From Camelus dromedarius (Eukaryota), in the NCBI RefSeq assembly GCF_036321535.1, contig NC_087437.1, forward strand, positions 97,776,001 to 97,840,000: a DNA stretch of 64,000 nucleotides, given 5' to 3'. Within the stretch, counting starts at the first letter, position 1; every line of letters starts with the position of its first letter. Shown here in pieces: positions 62,946 through 64,000 of the stretch. Position numbers and translations under genes: made by a program. Below the pieces are notes generated by a model. That model worked only from the letters and a program-made list of their open reading frames with translations, had not been told where the DNA came from and made no database searches.

Positions 62946-64000
62946 TTAAAGGTTTGCTCTTCCCTTAATTGTGGTAATTATAAAATACAAATAAAATTGA
63001 TAAAAGTCTGTTCCATTCTTTAAAATAGAGATACTTAGTTGTGGTCAGAAAGACGTGAGGCAGAATCCAAATCCTGCACTTAGTGAGTCAGAAAGAGAAT
63101 CCTGCATACAAAAGAACTGAAAAAAAATGAATTCCCCTAGATTTATGAGGATCCATCTTTATGTACATCATGTCTCATTAGAAGTTTGACAACCACTGTT
63201 TGAGAATCACTGGGATAGAAACTTTTAGGGCCCTTTCAGCTCTACATTATATGACATCTGTGACTTATTGCTAGGATGGTCAGGAAAATATCATGGTTAA
63301 CATTGCATAATATTCTGCAATGGGTGTCTGAAGGATAAACTGCATGAGGCAGAGGCTCTACTGTTGGAAATACATGGGGTGGGGAGGTACAGAAATGAGT
63401 ACAAATCCTGCTCAGAAGATGATGATAGATTCATTTAGCTAGAGGCTCTGTTTCATGTACAGGATAATGGGGAGGGATAGAGTGGTAAGACAGAAGAAAT
63501 TACATGTTTTTTAAAGAACCTTGAAAAAAATATTGTAAAAATATAATTTAATTCTATAGGAAATTGGGATTCATTTGTGCCACGGGGTGGATGATCAGGA
63601 GAAAAGAATTGAGAATGATATGGTTGGAAATAAGGAGTACCTTGGAGCTATTTCAGTAGTTCAGGAAATAAAAATACAAACCAGGGCCATGGCAATGAGT
63701 CCATAAAGGGACAGCTATGTAAGAGGGAGAACGTAAAATTGCAAAGCCAATTTCATCACCAGATGATAAAATGAACCATTAGTGAATTGTGCTCAGTAAT
63801 AAACAAGACATTTCCTGTCTGTATAAAGGGTTTTTGAGGCTGGGAGCCATACCTGGTTCATCTGAGTCTTCTTAGAGCATAATTCAATCGATGAAATGAG
63901 TGAAGTTTAAAAAAGTGATGAGTCACATACTTGTGTTTTACCCTCCTGAGTTGGTGCCTGACAAGGGTCATTCTGCCCAGTGTCATTCGAGCCAGTGAAA

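Noticed and set aside
1..64000. CRISPR arrays, rRNA genes, prokaryotic operons or defence systems
   Set aside because: The sequence is intron-containing mammalian DNA; no repeat-spacer array or such genes were seen.

Overview
Mammalian genomic DNA, most likely from a camelid (inferred from three short tRNA-derived SINEs resembling the camelid Vic-1 type; not database-checked). The window covers the RBM11-ABCC13 interval, both genes on the + strand, in the same order as on human chr21. It starts with the last three coding exons of RBM11 (29-101, 3012-3108, 4910-5194). About 38 kb of repeat-rich intergenic DNA follows, then a CpG-rich promoter (~44.1-44.5 kb) and the first five coding exons of ABCC13 (44352-44423, 48406-48467, 54439-54586, 55320-55462, 60363-60540). 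These five exons splice into one open 201-codon frame with canonical GT-AG sites, although ABCC13 is a pseudogene in humans/great apes and rodents. The most structured non-genic object is a 3'-truncated class III (HERV-S-like) provirus on the - strand (~21.95-24.93 kb). It has a 5' LTR, an 18-nt tRNA-Ser(CGA) primer-binding site, a broken gag ending in an in-frame amber gag-pro junction, a protease and a 296-codon open RT stretch, and it ends next to an unrelated LTR. Also present are solo LTRs with TSDs, L1 3' insertions with TSDs (one apparently missing its ORF2), an ERV-L dUTPase remnant, MaLR/MLT LTRs, L2/MIR and DNA-transposon fossils, and microsatellites. I see no evidence of a wholly new biological system. 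The best leads are the apparently intact ABCC13 (with a D-to-V change at a key TM residue and an N-terminal YxxL motif) and the ERV-S provirus architecture. Repeat subfamily names and ortholog comparisons come from memory of consensus sequences, not from searches.
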